A stretch of DNA of 64,000 bases from Lama guanicoe (lineage: Eukaryota), in contig MU054212.1 of the NCBI GenBank assembly GCA_013239625.1, positions 7,414,270-7,478,269 of the forward strand, written 5' to 3'. Under the pieces are notes generated by a model that was given only the letters and a program-made list of their open reading frames with translations, was not told the DNA's origin and made no database searches. The position numbers were made by a program, and so were the translations under genes. Of the stretch, positions 26,951-39,090 are shown piece by piece. Numbering within the stretch: position 1 is the stretch's first letter; each line of letters opens with the position of its first letter.

Positions 26951-27426
26951 AGTGGAATACTACACAGCCATAAAAAGAATGGATGCTATTTGCAGCAACT
27001 TAGATGGACCTAGAGATTATCATATTAAGTGAAGTATATAAGACAGAGAAAAACAAATATCATATCACTTATGTGTTATGAACTTATTAAACGTAAAATG
27101 AACTTATTTACAAAACAGAAACAGACTCATAGGCGTAGAAAACAAACTCATGGTTGCCGGGGAAAAGGGTGAGAAGGGATAAAATGGGAGTTCGAGATTT
27201 GCAGATACTAACTACTACATATAAAATAAACAATAAGTTTATACTGTACAGCACAGGGAACTACATTCAATATCTTGTAGTGACCTATAATGAAAAAGAA
27301 TATGAAGATGAGTATACGTATGTGCATGTATGATTGAATGATTATGCTGTACACCAGAAACTGACACAATGTTGTAGACTGACTATACTTCAATTAAAAA
27401 AAAGTAAAATAAAACAAAGACAAAAT
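26716..27426 (+). mobile_element. 5'-truncated lineage L1 (end of ORF2 plus 3'UTR) with an internal (TG)n expansion, A-rich tail and TSD
   Basis: ORF2 C-terminal remnant TCTPMFTVALFTIAKTWKQPKCPSTDDWIKK; 3'UTR gtacagcacagggaactacattcaatatcttgtag; TSD aaaaatgaggacttc (26701-26715) and aaaaattaggacctc (27427-27441). Confidence 0.92.
26886..26948. repeat. (TG)n microsatellite inside the L1
   Basis: Directly visible. Confidence 0.95.
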
Positions 27427-28357
27427 AAAAATTAGGACCTCGTTCCAAGCTGCGTGCCTTTTCGGGGTCGCTTACCAAAGGCTACCTTTTCCTTACTCGA
27501 CTCTCTCAGTCTCTCCACTACTTTAAAACATTTTAGGAGCTGTGAGCTTTCTGGATGCTTAATGCCAGGCATCCTTCATTTAAATGACTTTTTATTTTAC
27601 TTTTTGTTTGCTTTATACATGTCTTGTAATTCTAGCTTTGAAACTCTGGCCCCATTTTTAAACTCAACATACCTTTGCTATGAATAAACATAAATAATGT
27701 GTTTACCTATTTGGGGAGCCAGGGGCTTATCTCCCCTCTGAACTTACCAGGAGTAACAGGCAACTCAGTTCAAAGCCAACATGGCATGATAGACTCATGC
27801 CAAGGGGGTAAAAAAAAAAAATCTGCCCAACTGTTTCCCTTTCATGTTTTGTGAGAAGCAAGGCTGCTGGTTTCAAGTAGCTCACAGAAGTCATGCAAAA
27901 AGGTATGATTTTGAAAAGGAACTAAACCTTCATTCAGTGGTTGGTTAAGGACAAACTTCATAATTCAGCTTGAGCTTCATTTATATTGTATATTGCTACT
28001 GATGGATATTCATCTAGTCATAAATTCTCGGTGACATATGTATTCTTTCTGAAATAGCAAGTATCCTTTCAAGGGCAAAACCACATATTCTGCCACTCTA
28101 AAATCTAGAGAAGAGTCAGATTTAAGTAGCATTCTTTTTCCTTCTATTTCCTATTCTTTAAACATAAATTTCTAGTCTTCCATAGAAACATGTAAAGGAG
28201 ACAGTATCTGTGCATTCGTATAAATTGGAATGGGTAAGACATTGAAAGATGATCTTATTTCTCACCCTAATTATTTTTTTTCAAAGTTTTAGTAAAGCTT
28301 TCATTTTTAAAACAAAAATGTTGGCACATATATATGGGTGAGAAAAGACTCAGCTAA

Positions 28358-28575
28358 TACAAGGTGAATCAAAAATCTTGATAGCCTCCCAGGCACCAGA
28401 CTCGGCTGTTTCTAGAGATGAGGCAGGGCACACACGTGAGTGCAGAGGGCTGGCTATGTGCCGGCGGCGGGACATTCAAGAGCACATGCCCCACGGAAAA
28501 GCATTCGAATGCAAACATTTCACAGCAGTGCTGAGGCCAAGTAAAACACGTCTGCATTCTGCCACCCCTCCTATA
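28358..28575. mobile_element. Possible hAT-Charlie MITE (MER58/MER102-like)
   Basis: ggccaagtaaaacacgtctgc and the surrounding GC-richer ~200 bp resemble Charlie-family MITE ends; family uncertain. Confidence 0.35.
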
Positions 28576-29950
28576 TAATGTTGAAATAAACAGGTTAATG
28601 TACTAAGAAATGAATGATTTTTTTTTTAATTTTGAAAATACTGGAGCGATGCTTTTTTGACTCGTTGGAGCAAGTCACGTGTTACAATGCAGGGGAATGG
28701 AATTGTTCTTGGAAATACCTGTAAGACCTAGTGTGTGTCATTCATCTTTGCATCGGACCCTGTGGCCACAGCTACAGCCCAGCCCCAGGTTCCTCATCCG
28801 TGTCTCCTGAACAGGGGCCCCTGAGTTACTCGACACAAAAGCACCCACTGTATTAACTTCAGAGGTTCCAGGACGGGGCCCTGACATGTCACAGAGACGC
28901 AGGCCCTTTCTGCCTCCTGACTGGGCTGCCCAGGAGGGGATCAAGGGAAGGAATTTGCCGCCAGCAGCCCTGACGTGCGTCCCCTCGGCCGGGCACAGGG
29001 GGGCATCCGGGCTGTTCGTGCGCCTGCCTTCACCTAAGCTACACGCAACTTCTCAGAACCTGCCTTGAACGGGCGCCTACGTAACACATAAATTGCTGTC
29101 AAATTTTCTATAGCGCTTTCGTATTCAGAGAAAAGCAATAAGGTAAACAAAGAAACAAAAGACAGCCATTTTTATAGAGAGGTTACTTTTAGTTTGATTT
29201 TACAATGGAAGCTGCACGCTTAAAGCTTGGTCAGCACTTTAGAGCTAATGAATGGACAGTACCTCTCAAGAAGCAGCTCATTAATAGCTGGTTTCCTTCT
29301 CATCATTAAGAAGCAGTTATTGGTCGTCTAATGACAGATGGCCTCAATTAGGGGATGTATACGGGGTATGTGTGCATGAATCACTGGGTTCTGCGAGAGC
29401 TTTGTCTCTAAAGCAGGAAAAAAAATGTAAAAATCTATATAATATTCCCATTTTATAGTAATATTTATTAAAACTAAGCAAAATGTTTAGGAAAAATAAA
29501 AGATCAAGATGTTTAAAAAAAGAAAAGATTTTGTGGCTGTAGGGGTGTGCAGGTGTATAAAGTACTTCTTATGTTTAACAGTGACAACAAAATATACATT
29601 GTTACATTCATGAAAGAGCAAAGCATATGTCCATAGGCAGTACGGCTGATATTGACTTCTTTCTGGAAAATTCCATTTCTAATATTATACTCTTCACATC
29701 ACTGATTTCAGGTGACTAGCATTTCTTCACATTTTGCTATAAAATCTCAGTTTTTAAAGGAGTTTATCTATACTATGTACAAGAGAGAAAGAGAAAGATT
29801 ATATATACCAGTATTCTGGTGAAAAAAGGCAGGTAATTTTGAAAAACAAGTAAATGAAGACAGATATTAGCTCTACCTCAAATTTTTAAATTAATAAAAC
29901 TCAAAGGTAGTTTGTACATTTTTTTTTCCCATTTAAACAGTATTGGAATA

Positions 29951-30080
29951 GGGGGAGGGTGCAGCTCAGGGGCAGAGCACATGGCTAGCATGCACGAGGT
30001 CCTGGGTTTCATCCCCAGTACCTCCATTAAAAATAAATAAACCTAATTACCTTCCCCCTCCATTTTTTTAAAGTAATAAA
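29951..30080 (+). mobile_element. tRNA-derived SINE, camelid vic-1-like, long form
   Basis: gggggagggtgcagctcaggggcagagc (A box)...gaggtcctgggtttcatccccagtacctcc (B box), then aaataaataaacctaattaccttcccc; degenerate TSD aaacagtattgga/aaatagcactgga. Confidence 0.85.
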
Positions 30081-30219
30081 TAGCACTGGAGGCAGTTATA
30101 CATTTTGCATTTAGAGACACACTTTAAATTCTATGCCTTCACTAGTTCTGTTGGTAAATTCTTATTAGATATAACTTACAAGTATAAAGCCACACACACA
30201 CACATTCTTCAAAAAATGG

Positions 30220-31112
30220 GATGTAGAAGTTGGAGTCAGCCCACGTTATGGGAAGAGTTTGCTAACACAAAGGAACCAGCACTTGATAATTTGCAAAACT
30301 TTCTAGGAAACAGGGTGTGGCTGGGGCAACTCTATGCCAAAGAGATTAGGTGTGTGACTGATGGTGCCAATCATCAATCCCAGCAAAGGTTGGGGATGGA
30401 GACAAGGTTCTCTGGGGAGGGCAGGTCAGATAGCGTGGATCGCCTTGAGATCCCCCAGGAAGCTGATAGAGGTTCTGCGAATTTCATATCAATAGAAAAA
30501 TACAAGCCTGAACTGAAAGGGCCAGAAATGGGATGGAAGGAAAGAAGAATGACTCTTAAGGCAAAGCCGAAGATGCAGAGATCAGAGAGGGCAGAGCTGC
30601 CTGAAGCCAGCCAACCAGCTGTCACAGGCTGAGAGGGTAGGGCCACCGTCCAGATGCCACCTAGGTGAGCTGGGGGACAGAGCATGGAGACACAGATAAT
30701 CATTCTCAGGCCTTGAAATCTAATGGAATGTACCCTGTTAGGTTATGGGATTTCCTTGGGATCTCTGACTTCTTTTTTCCTCCCCATTTCTCCCTTTTGG
30801 AGAAGGGAATGTCTACCCTCTGCCTCTCCTACGATTGTACTTTGGAAGCATAGAACCTGTTTTCTAGGTTTCACAGGTCCACAGATGGATGGGAATTTTG
30901 CCCCAGGGTGGACCATACTTGGAGTCTCACCCACACTGGATTTAGATGATTTAGAAGATGAGCTTTGAGACTTTTTAAGTTAATTAAATCTAGGTGAGAT
31001 TCTGGGTTTTAGAGTTGATGCTGGGATGGGTTAAGACTTTCTAAGTTGGGGTGGGTGAATGTATTTTGCAAGGGGGAAAGACATGCCTTTGGTGAGGAGG
31101 GGAGAGGATAGA
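30220..31112 (+). mobile_element. MaLR (MLT1-int) internal region, 3' part
   Basis: Ends with gttgatgctgggatgggttaagacttt...gaatgtattttgca and a polypurine tract (gaggaggggagaggatagac) directly abutting an MLT1 LTR. Confidence 0.7.
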
Positions 31113-31549
31113 CATTACAGGTTGAACTGTGTCATTAAAAACATTTGTTGAAGTCCTAACACCTGATGCCTACAAATGTGACCTTATTTAGAAATAGGGT
31201 TTGTGCAGCTGTAATCTAGTTAAGATGAGACAACACTGAATTGAGGGGCCCTAATCCAGCAGACTAATGTTCTTATAAGAATAGAAGAGATACGGACAGG
31301 GAGGGAGGGTGGCCATGTGACAATGGAGGCAGTGCTACAAGCCAAGGGATGCCTGTGGCTACCAGCAGCTGGAAGAGGCAAGGAAGCCTCCTCCCCTAGA
31401 GGCTTTGGAGGGAGGATGGCCCTTCCAATGCCTTGAGTTTGTACATTACAAACTCTGGTAGCCTGCAGAGTCATGGGAGAATATATTTCTGTGGTTTTAA
31501 GCCACTGAGTTAATGGTACTTAGTCATGGGATCCCAGGAAAGGAATATA
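31113..31549 (+). mobile_element. MLT1C-like 3' LTR (ERVL-MaLR)
   Basis: gttgaagtcctaac...aatgtgaccttatttagaaatagggt...gccaagggatgcc...ccagcagctggaagaggcaagga...atttctgtggttttaagccac. Confidence 0.88.
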
Positions 31550-31559
31550 GCCCACTACA

Positions 31560-32025
31560 GCAAATGCCGTTTTCCTTTGGCCTTTCAGCATTCATCTCTC
31601 CCCCACCTCCTTTTAGTAACTATACCTGACTTTCCTCTCCCACTCTCATTCCATGTGCTTTGCATAGCTGACTACACCCATGCATCCAAAACATGCCACC
31701 CATGCATATTCTGCTCCCCTGACCTCAGCACCTGCTTCAGGGAAGAATGTGTAACCCAATCAGAGTCAACGGGGAAGATGGAAAACCGGAGCTGCTGCAG
31801 CCATATTGCTACCATGAGGGAGAACCTATGTGAGAATAGAAACAACAAAGATGGTGCAGACCCAAGAGATGTGAGAGAGCGCCTATGTATCTATAAGACA
31901 AATCAACCACATATAAAGCTGGCCCTACTGCTAGAAGTTTTAGTTACCTAAGTTTATAAATTCCCTTTTGCTTAAACCATTTTTCATTCACTTTTCTAAC
32001 ACTTTCAAGTAAGAGATTTCTCTGT
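31560..32025 (+). mobile_element. Ancient MaLR/ERVL LTR (MLT1K/L-like)
   Basis: gagctgctgcagccatattgctaccatgaggg and the 3' end ataaattcccttttgcttaaacca...ttttctaacactttcaa. Confidence 0.5.
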
Positions 32026-35000
32026 GTTAGATCTCCCAGTCCTTGGCACTGTGCTCCTGCAGTGGCTTTCAACAGTGAATGCCAGATCACGCTCTCCTGG
32101 GTCACTTCTTAAACTAAAGTTAAGCTTTTGGTCTGGTGTTTCACTGAGTACTTAATGAATGAAATGATTTGAAAATTCCTAATTCAAGTTATCACTGAGC
32201 CAAAAAGTAAACCAGGTTCCTCGTCTCTAAATGTGCACTCAGTGGATACTTTCTAGCACTTGGACTTTGAGGCTGCATATTGCAATATAGAGATGGTTGG
32301 TCAGTTCTATCTCATTGTCTGCTGAGACATCAGACAAATGTTCCTTAACTTTTTCCCAGGGAAATGATATAGAAGAGCATCTCTCTTCGTATACAATCCA
32401 TGGATTTAGATTAGATTGGATATACCTTCAATTTTTGTGCATCGAGGTGCATATATTTTGTATTTTTAAACATATTCTTAGTGGTAAGTTTATTAGCATA
32501 CACTGAATTTTAACATTTACATATTGTTCTGTCTAAACAATTTGTGCTTCTAGGCTTTTTTTTTTTTTTTTGGAAAACTCCCCTAATTTCCAACCTGATT
32601 CATAACAGAGAGAAAATTCACCTTCGATTTGAAATCTTAAAATTATTTTATCATGCACTAAGATTATTATCTATGCATCCTTTTGTAACTTCTGAAATGC
32701 TGGTTTGAAATTACTACAGAGTCAATACGTCATATGAATTTTCCTCAAGCTTTAAGCAAAAAATAAATTATTGTTATTCAGATTGTTCATCTATTTTTCC
32801 TTTGTCAGTAGCATTATTTATATTTTCATCAGCTCAGAAAGATTGAATGAAATAAACGCAATTTTTAAATTTCTCCAAATGGTGGAAATACATATTGACT
32901 GAGAGAGAGAAATAACACACCCTCATGGATGGGGTTATATTACTTTTTTATGACCCTTTCCTGACGCCTATTCCACAATTCTGTAAGGTCATGATTTAGA
33001 AAATATTTAGAAATTCTTTAAGGTCATGATTTAGAATAAGCTCTCTGTTGGTCATACACAGCATTAGGATTTTTATTCCTTCTCTGCTTCAGACAGAAGA
33101 TTATCACATATTTTACTTATTGGAATAGAAACCTTATTTTTGCTAAAAATTATGCAGCTGACAGGTTATCTGAGTGTTTAGCGACTATGCATGCATTAAT
33201 AATTATAACTGTTTATAAAATACGACTGTATAATGATATATAATTTAATGTTGCTATTAAGACTTCAGTTTTGGGAGAACACGTCCACACTAACAGCAAA
33301 TTTAGCCTACTAAACCAAAAAAGCAGTATTTTACAAACTCAAACGAATAAACCAGTAATGATCCCAAAGCCTTTTTTTTTTTTTTACATATTGACAGATA
33401 TACTCTCCTTTATGTGGACATACCAGTTTAATCTAAATCCATGGATTGTATTTACGTATATACCCACCTTTTTATAGATAACTTTAAATAGCTCTTTTTT
33501 GCATATAAGACACAGATATAGACGTGAACACATATATTTCGGAATAAGCAAAGAGTAAATAAAAGCAAAATTATGTATTTTTGCTTCGTCTGTATATATA
33601 CTCAGCAGATGAAGCTTAAGAAAAAAAACAACTGCGTCCAGTTTACAGCATCTAAACCTTTCTTTTGTTAGCAACACTGTTTAAAACAACTTCTCCCCAA
33701 GGAACAATACCCTAGATCCATCACTGCAGATCGTCCTAAGGCATGTGGTTGTCCTTGCCTTTAAACATGAACTGCGTATGAAATGAGTACGTAAGTTAGA
33801 TGAGGAGCGTGGCAGCCGCCACTGAGGGAGGCGTAACATACATGCTTGTATGTTGATGTCCCGACGTGCAGCACCGAGGGCGGACCTTCCTCCTGAGGCT
33901 GCGACAGTTCTCGGATCCAGCTGCTCTGCTCAGCTTGCTGCTATGACAACTACCCGAGGGCAAATGTCAGGTCAGCTCCCAGCGTCTGTGTCTCGCTATA
34001 ATTGCTTTGCCAGAAATCTAATAGCTTCCTTCTTTTTCTCACTGAACAGTGAAAAGCAAGAGTGCTCAAAGAACTAAATGTTGAGACATTCTTTATCGTC
34101 TCCCCAGCCTACGCCCTTCCTTCCTATCATATTATATTTGCAATTTTCCCGATTTGGTGCTCAAACTGTGTTCACTAAGCTGTCAGACACCATTGTAAAT
34201 TGTGGTATTAATTCCAATGATTCCTGCTCTGCCTGGCCACACGTTATTGTTCTCAGGCTGGAATTCCTATTGGATTGGCAAGTGTCTCATTAAAAGGCTC
34301 TTTCCTTTCCTCAAACTGAACTCTTTGCCATGCTACGTCATCACATATGTATATCTGTTCAGTGCTTCCCCTTGTCCTAGATAATTATTTAGTGCTTACC
34401 CTTATACCTAGTTAACTTGGGTATCTTGGGGGCTCAAAGTGATGAAAGCCATAGCTAGTTTAAACCCACAGAATGATTAAAAAAAATTATACAGTCAATA
34501 CTCCAAAAGATACTCGGAGTGTTAGCTGGGTATATAATCAAGTCCTAAAACAGGCTTCGCTCCACAGAGAACTAGAAAGGACTTATCTTGGTGGGTTGAG
34601 ACTTGATCCACGAGGTGCTCCTTCCAGCAGGTGCGCTTTGAGGTGGGTGTACAAACAAACACACAAGTGGAACTGGGGCTGACAAGGAGCCTGGACATCC
34701 TGGTGGAGAGAGGGAGTGCTTCGAGGGTTTAAAATTCTGTTCTTCATTCACATGTCTCTAAATCCCCCAACTATCATTTACATGGAAACAAAGCAGGAGC
34801 GACAATGAGACACTGCCTTTCCTATTCGTGTAGTTTTCAGTCATGAGTAAGAATAGTCATGATGTGTATACCTCACTGGGTTTTGGGAAGAAAATTAAAT
34901 GAGAAAATTTATGCGCATTCAAATTAAGGTGTACGGGAACACACAAACACGAGTATAATTATGTAGGATGTGCTTCCCTTCCATGTCCTGATTTATTTCC

Positions 35001-38000
35001 CAAATATAGTTGAGATGATACTTTGAATGGTAAAGAACTTGGCACTGAAAACTGAATCTGGGTATTTGAAACAGTTTCAACAAATTTTGTTCTTAGAATA
35101 TGAATGATCAAATACATGGTAGTTCAAGGAACTCATTTAATGTAAAAAACTACAGGAAGGACTCTGTGTTTTTTAAAACGACCTCAAATGCAGGATCATG
35201 TATAAGGAATTAGAGAAAACACACAGGTAACTGAGCATTCCCTAGAAAGGACATTTCCCTCATACTTATGGAGACATAACAAAGCTTGACAGCTTTGCTG
35301 GACTTCTCAAACTTGCTTCATAGGCAATAAGAAACGATAGAAAAATGCAATTGAATTAAACTGATGTGACCTTCTGAGTTCTGCATCCAAAATAGTATTC
35401 AAATTCTTGCATGCTATGAATGTATGATGGCCTTAAGATTTGAAATTTATGAAGCATTCTGATTTTCATTACTCAGAACATTACACTGAAATAAAAAGGG
35501 AGCTAAATTCTTTGTCCTGTATTGTCTTTTTTTCCCCTTCTTTTTAAAGAGAAATTCTGTCTTTAATGAAATATGGAGAAATCACTGAAGGAAAAAAGAG
35601 AGAAGGAAGGAAAAATCTAAACTAAAAATTAACTTTTCCAGGCCTGTTTCTTTTATAAAATAAGCTTATTGAACTGAGTGGTCTGTAAGATTCTCCGTAG
35701 CTCTAACATTTTTGGTTGGGACCATTATGTCCTACAGCAAAAGTGATAATTGAATAATTTGAAAAAGAGGCTCTTCTTTTGAAAAGTTGTCCATGTATTC
35801 GCAATCCCCAAGTAGAGCAACTTTGTGTATATGCCCATGTGTGTATTTAAAACCTGGCCTGCTTCTGAGTTTCCAGACTCTGTTTTCCAAAGGCTTGAAT
35901 CAAAGGCTACATTCTTCCTCTAATGTCTTAGGTCCCCCCACCTGAAAGCAATCATGTAGCAAAAACAACTAACTAATAGGAAAGACAATGGTACACAAGA
36001 AAAAGCTTTACTTTAATTGCTGTTTTTGGATGGAAATCATGCTTATGGGATTCAGATGCATTTTTCACTTATGGCTTCTTATTTTATGACTTAAGTTTAC
36101 AGTTACAAGTATGACTGACCTCTTTTTGTACTCTTGTTCTCTGCCCTCTTTCTAGAACTCAGAACCATGATTTCTATTAAATCTCACTCAGATTTTCACA
36201 GAGGATTTGGGAATAGGATGCTAGTCTCAAATTTCAGAGATGAAAAAAAGTGACTGTTCCTGCCATGTGCTGGGAGTTCCTTGAGGGTCCTTGAGCATCA
36301 GGACTGGGACGCACTACTGTGTTTTCTTAAATGACAAAACCAGCACCGAAATCAAGAAAAATAAGAACATGGAAGATAACAGCGAAGTGATTTAATGAGT
36401 AGTTTGATCTTAATGTAGGAATCTCATTGGACTTGCAACTGAATTGTTTCATTTAAAATGCTATTTTGATCTTGCTTGTGGTTCAAGGCAAAACCTTAGA
36501 GGGAGTTTAAAAATCAGTGTGACTTGGTTCTTGATCTACATAAACATCATTTTCCTCTTGATGAAAGAGTGCAGTTAAGGGCTCTTAGAAGAGAGCGTTG
36601 CATAAACTTCTAAAGCAGAGAGAGGTTGTTTTCCTTGCATTCTTTTGACAGGGTGTGAATAAGAACAAATACAGACTGTCCCGTAGACGTTGAGAGGCCA
36701 TTGGATTGCTGAAGCCCAAACAAACAAAAATTTAATATTGTTGACAAGGCAAAGGACACTGATGGCACAAGAAAGATGAGGCTTCTTTTTGAGGATGAGA
36801 GATTATATAAGAGATGGGTCCATTTCAGCAAAGGTAACAGGTAAAGATCTATCAGAAAGCCAAGCCCCAATATCATCATGAGAAAGAGGCAAATTACCAA
36901 TAAAGCAAGCTGACCTGCCTCAGGGAGTTTTCTCTAGGACAGATGTTACAGGATCACCTGCTCCATCATCCGCTCTGCCAGCCCCAGGCCTATAGCTAAA
37001 GCTCTAATGTCAGCGCCACACAATCCTGAGTAAACACGAATGACAAAATCCATCTTTAAAAGTTAACTTAAATGTACCAAAAGCATGTCACACAGAAATG
37101 CCCACCTTGTGAAAGTGCATCAATTTGTAGAATCATGATTTGTGTAGAGAGATATACATTACATCAATAAAAACTTAAAACAAAAACACAGTTATGCTGC
37201 AAAGATTTATGTCATGAAATGAAGATGCATTGATATTTTAGAAATACTGCCACTAAAAATTAAAGTAAATTTATTTTTAACTAAGATTAACCCACAGCTA
37301 CCCAGAATACCCAGCTCTGCAGGACCCCTCGGCTCTGCCCAAGTGCTGAGTGACTGAGAGAACACGTATTTCTTGAGGCCCCTGGGCTCACTGTATTTAC
37401 CCCCTGAGTCATCATGTCAAACATCATAAATTCCTTTAGGAGGCATAGCCCAATTTGTCAAGCAATTATATTATCTAATTTCATAATAAATTTGTGACTA
37501 GGGCTAAATTTCCCCAATACATGTAGAATTATTGTTTCAGGGTAACTAATGGATTTTAAAGTGGTTAGATTAAAGAGAAAAGACAGGACAAGGAATGAAC
37601 AAATTATGGGAACTAAATGATAAAAATGAATGTATTTGGCATAAACCAAATATGTCAGACTCTTCATTTCTCTGCTCAGTCTAAACTGGTTTTAAAATAA
37701 ATATTATTAACAAAAATGCTGTCTTCGTGGAGAATCCAGTAAACCATATGTTCCCCTGACTTTGGCATCAAAAAGTGTATCAACATATTATGTTGAATTT
37801 CTCTCTCTGAATTCAAACCACCTACTCATATCCTGACTTTTATCCACTTGAAATTAATAACATCCTAAGCCAAAGTTATGTACCTAAAAATTAAAAAAAA
37901 AATCTATACAAATGTGGGATAATTCTTAATGAAGTAAAGCAGAATGAGTAACAGAGAGACAAAAAAAAAATCAGAAATTATGGCTATTCCCAGCTTCCCC

Positions 38001-38649
38001 TCAAACCCCATAGATGACTCTCAAAAGTTTCTCAGATTCAGACTTCTCATCCCTAAAAGGGAATGCATGTGATCCACCTGCTTCATAGTATTATTGAGAG
38101 ACAAATAGAATCTCACACTGTATGTCACTACTCAGACATAAATTGATACATCATTATATAAGGAAAATAAATACACTAAAGAAAATTTTATACAGGAGTA
38201 GCCTTACTCTCAATTTAAGAAGAAAAGATAAAAAGTCACCGTTTGATGAAAATCATAATGTCAGGTTTTGGAGACATCAAAAAAAAAAAAAGAGAGAAAA
38301 AGATGAAAAATATCTACAATAGAAAGAATAATACTCTTTGTCTATAGTTAAAACTAAGTGGAAACTACAGAACATTGAACTTTGATTCCTCATTAGCTGA
38401 GCTAACATTGTCGCCTGGAAGAGAAGTATTCCCAAATCCCTCATTTTTAACTTAGGAACACCCTGTAGCTGATTAATCTTCATAATTACTTTTTGGCATT
38501 GGCTCAGATTTAAATATTGTCACATTTAAATGGCAAATCTGAAACGCAGGTGGTAGAGAAAGTAATTCTTGCTGAACTGGGACCTCACCTTTGCCCCTAG
38601 TACATCTACACTTCATGGTCTCTCGGGTTCTGAAGCTTCCTAAAAACTG

Positions 38650-39090
38650 GACGTGCCACTCTCCTCCCCACTCATCTCTGGCACATCCTTAAAGTCCAAG
38701 TAATTTAACAGAGCATGTGAAACGCCACAATCTAGTTTAAACCTTCACATCCAATCCCTGCTACTTTTATTTCTTCTCAAGTTTGCCTCACAAGAGATCA
38801 CTGTTTTCATACTCAAGAAACTTTCATGTTTGGAAATGTTCCACGTGTCTGAAATATCATCCGCTAGCTTCTTTGTCTCTCAAAATCTCTGTCATTTCTC
38901 AAGGTCTGGCCCAAATAGTGCTCCCTCTGGGAAGCCCTCCTGGGTTTCTCAGGCAGAATTAGGAGCACTCTCCTCTGGCTCTCACCACAGTCTGATCACA
39001 CCCTTACAATTTCTAGCATGCTAATTTCACTTATCTTTAATAAGAGTGTGCGTTCCTAGAGGAAAGATACTGTGTTTTACTCATCTGCAA
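38650..39090 (+). mobile_element. L2 LINE 3' fragment
   Basis: ctcaaggtctggcccaaatagtgctccctctgggaagccctcctgg...gttcctagaggaaagatactgtgttttactcatct. Confidence 0.55.

Noticed and set aside
33866..33888. REST/RE1-like site (tgcagcaccgagggcggacc)
   Set aside because: The right half-site lacks the GGACAG core; too degenerate to call.
34605..34640. CTCF-like motifs (ccacgaggtgctc, ccagcaggtgcgct)
   Set aside because: Spacing does not fit the CCASYAGRKGGC core without a gap.
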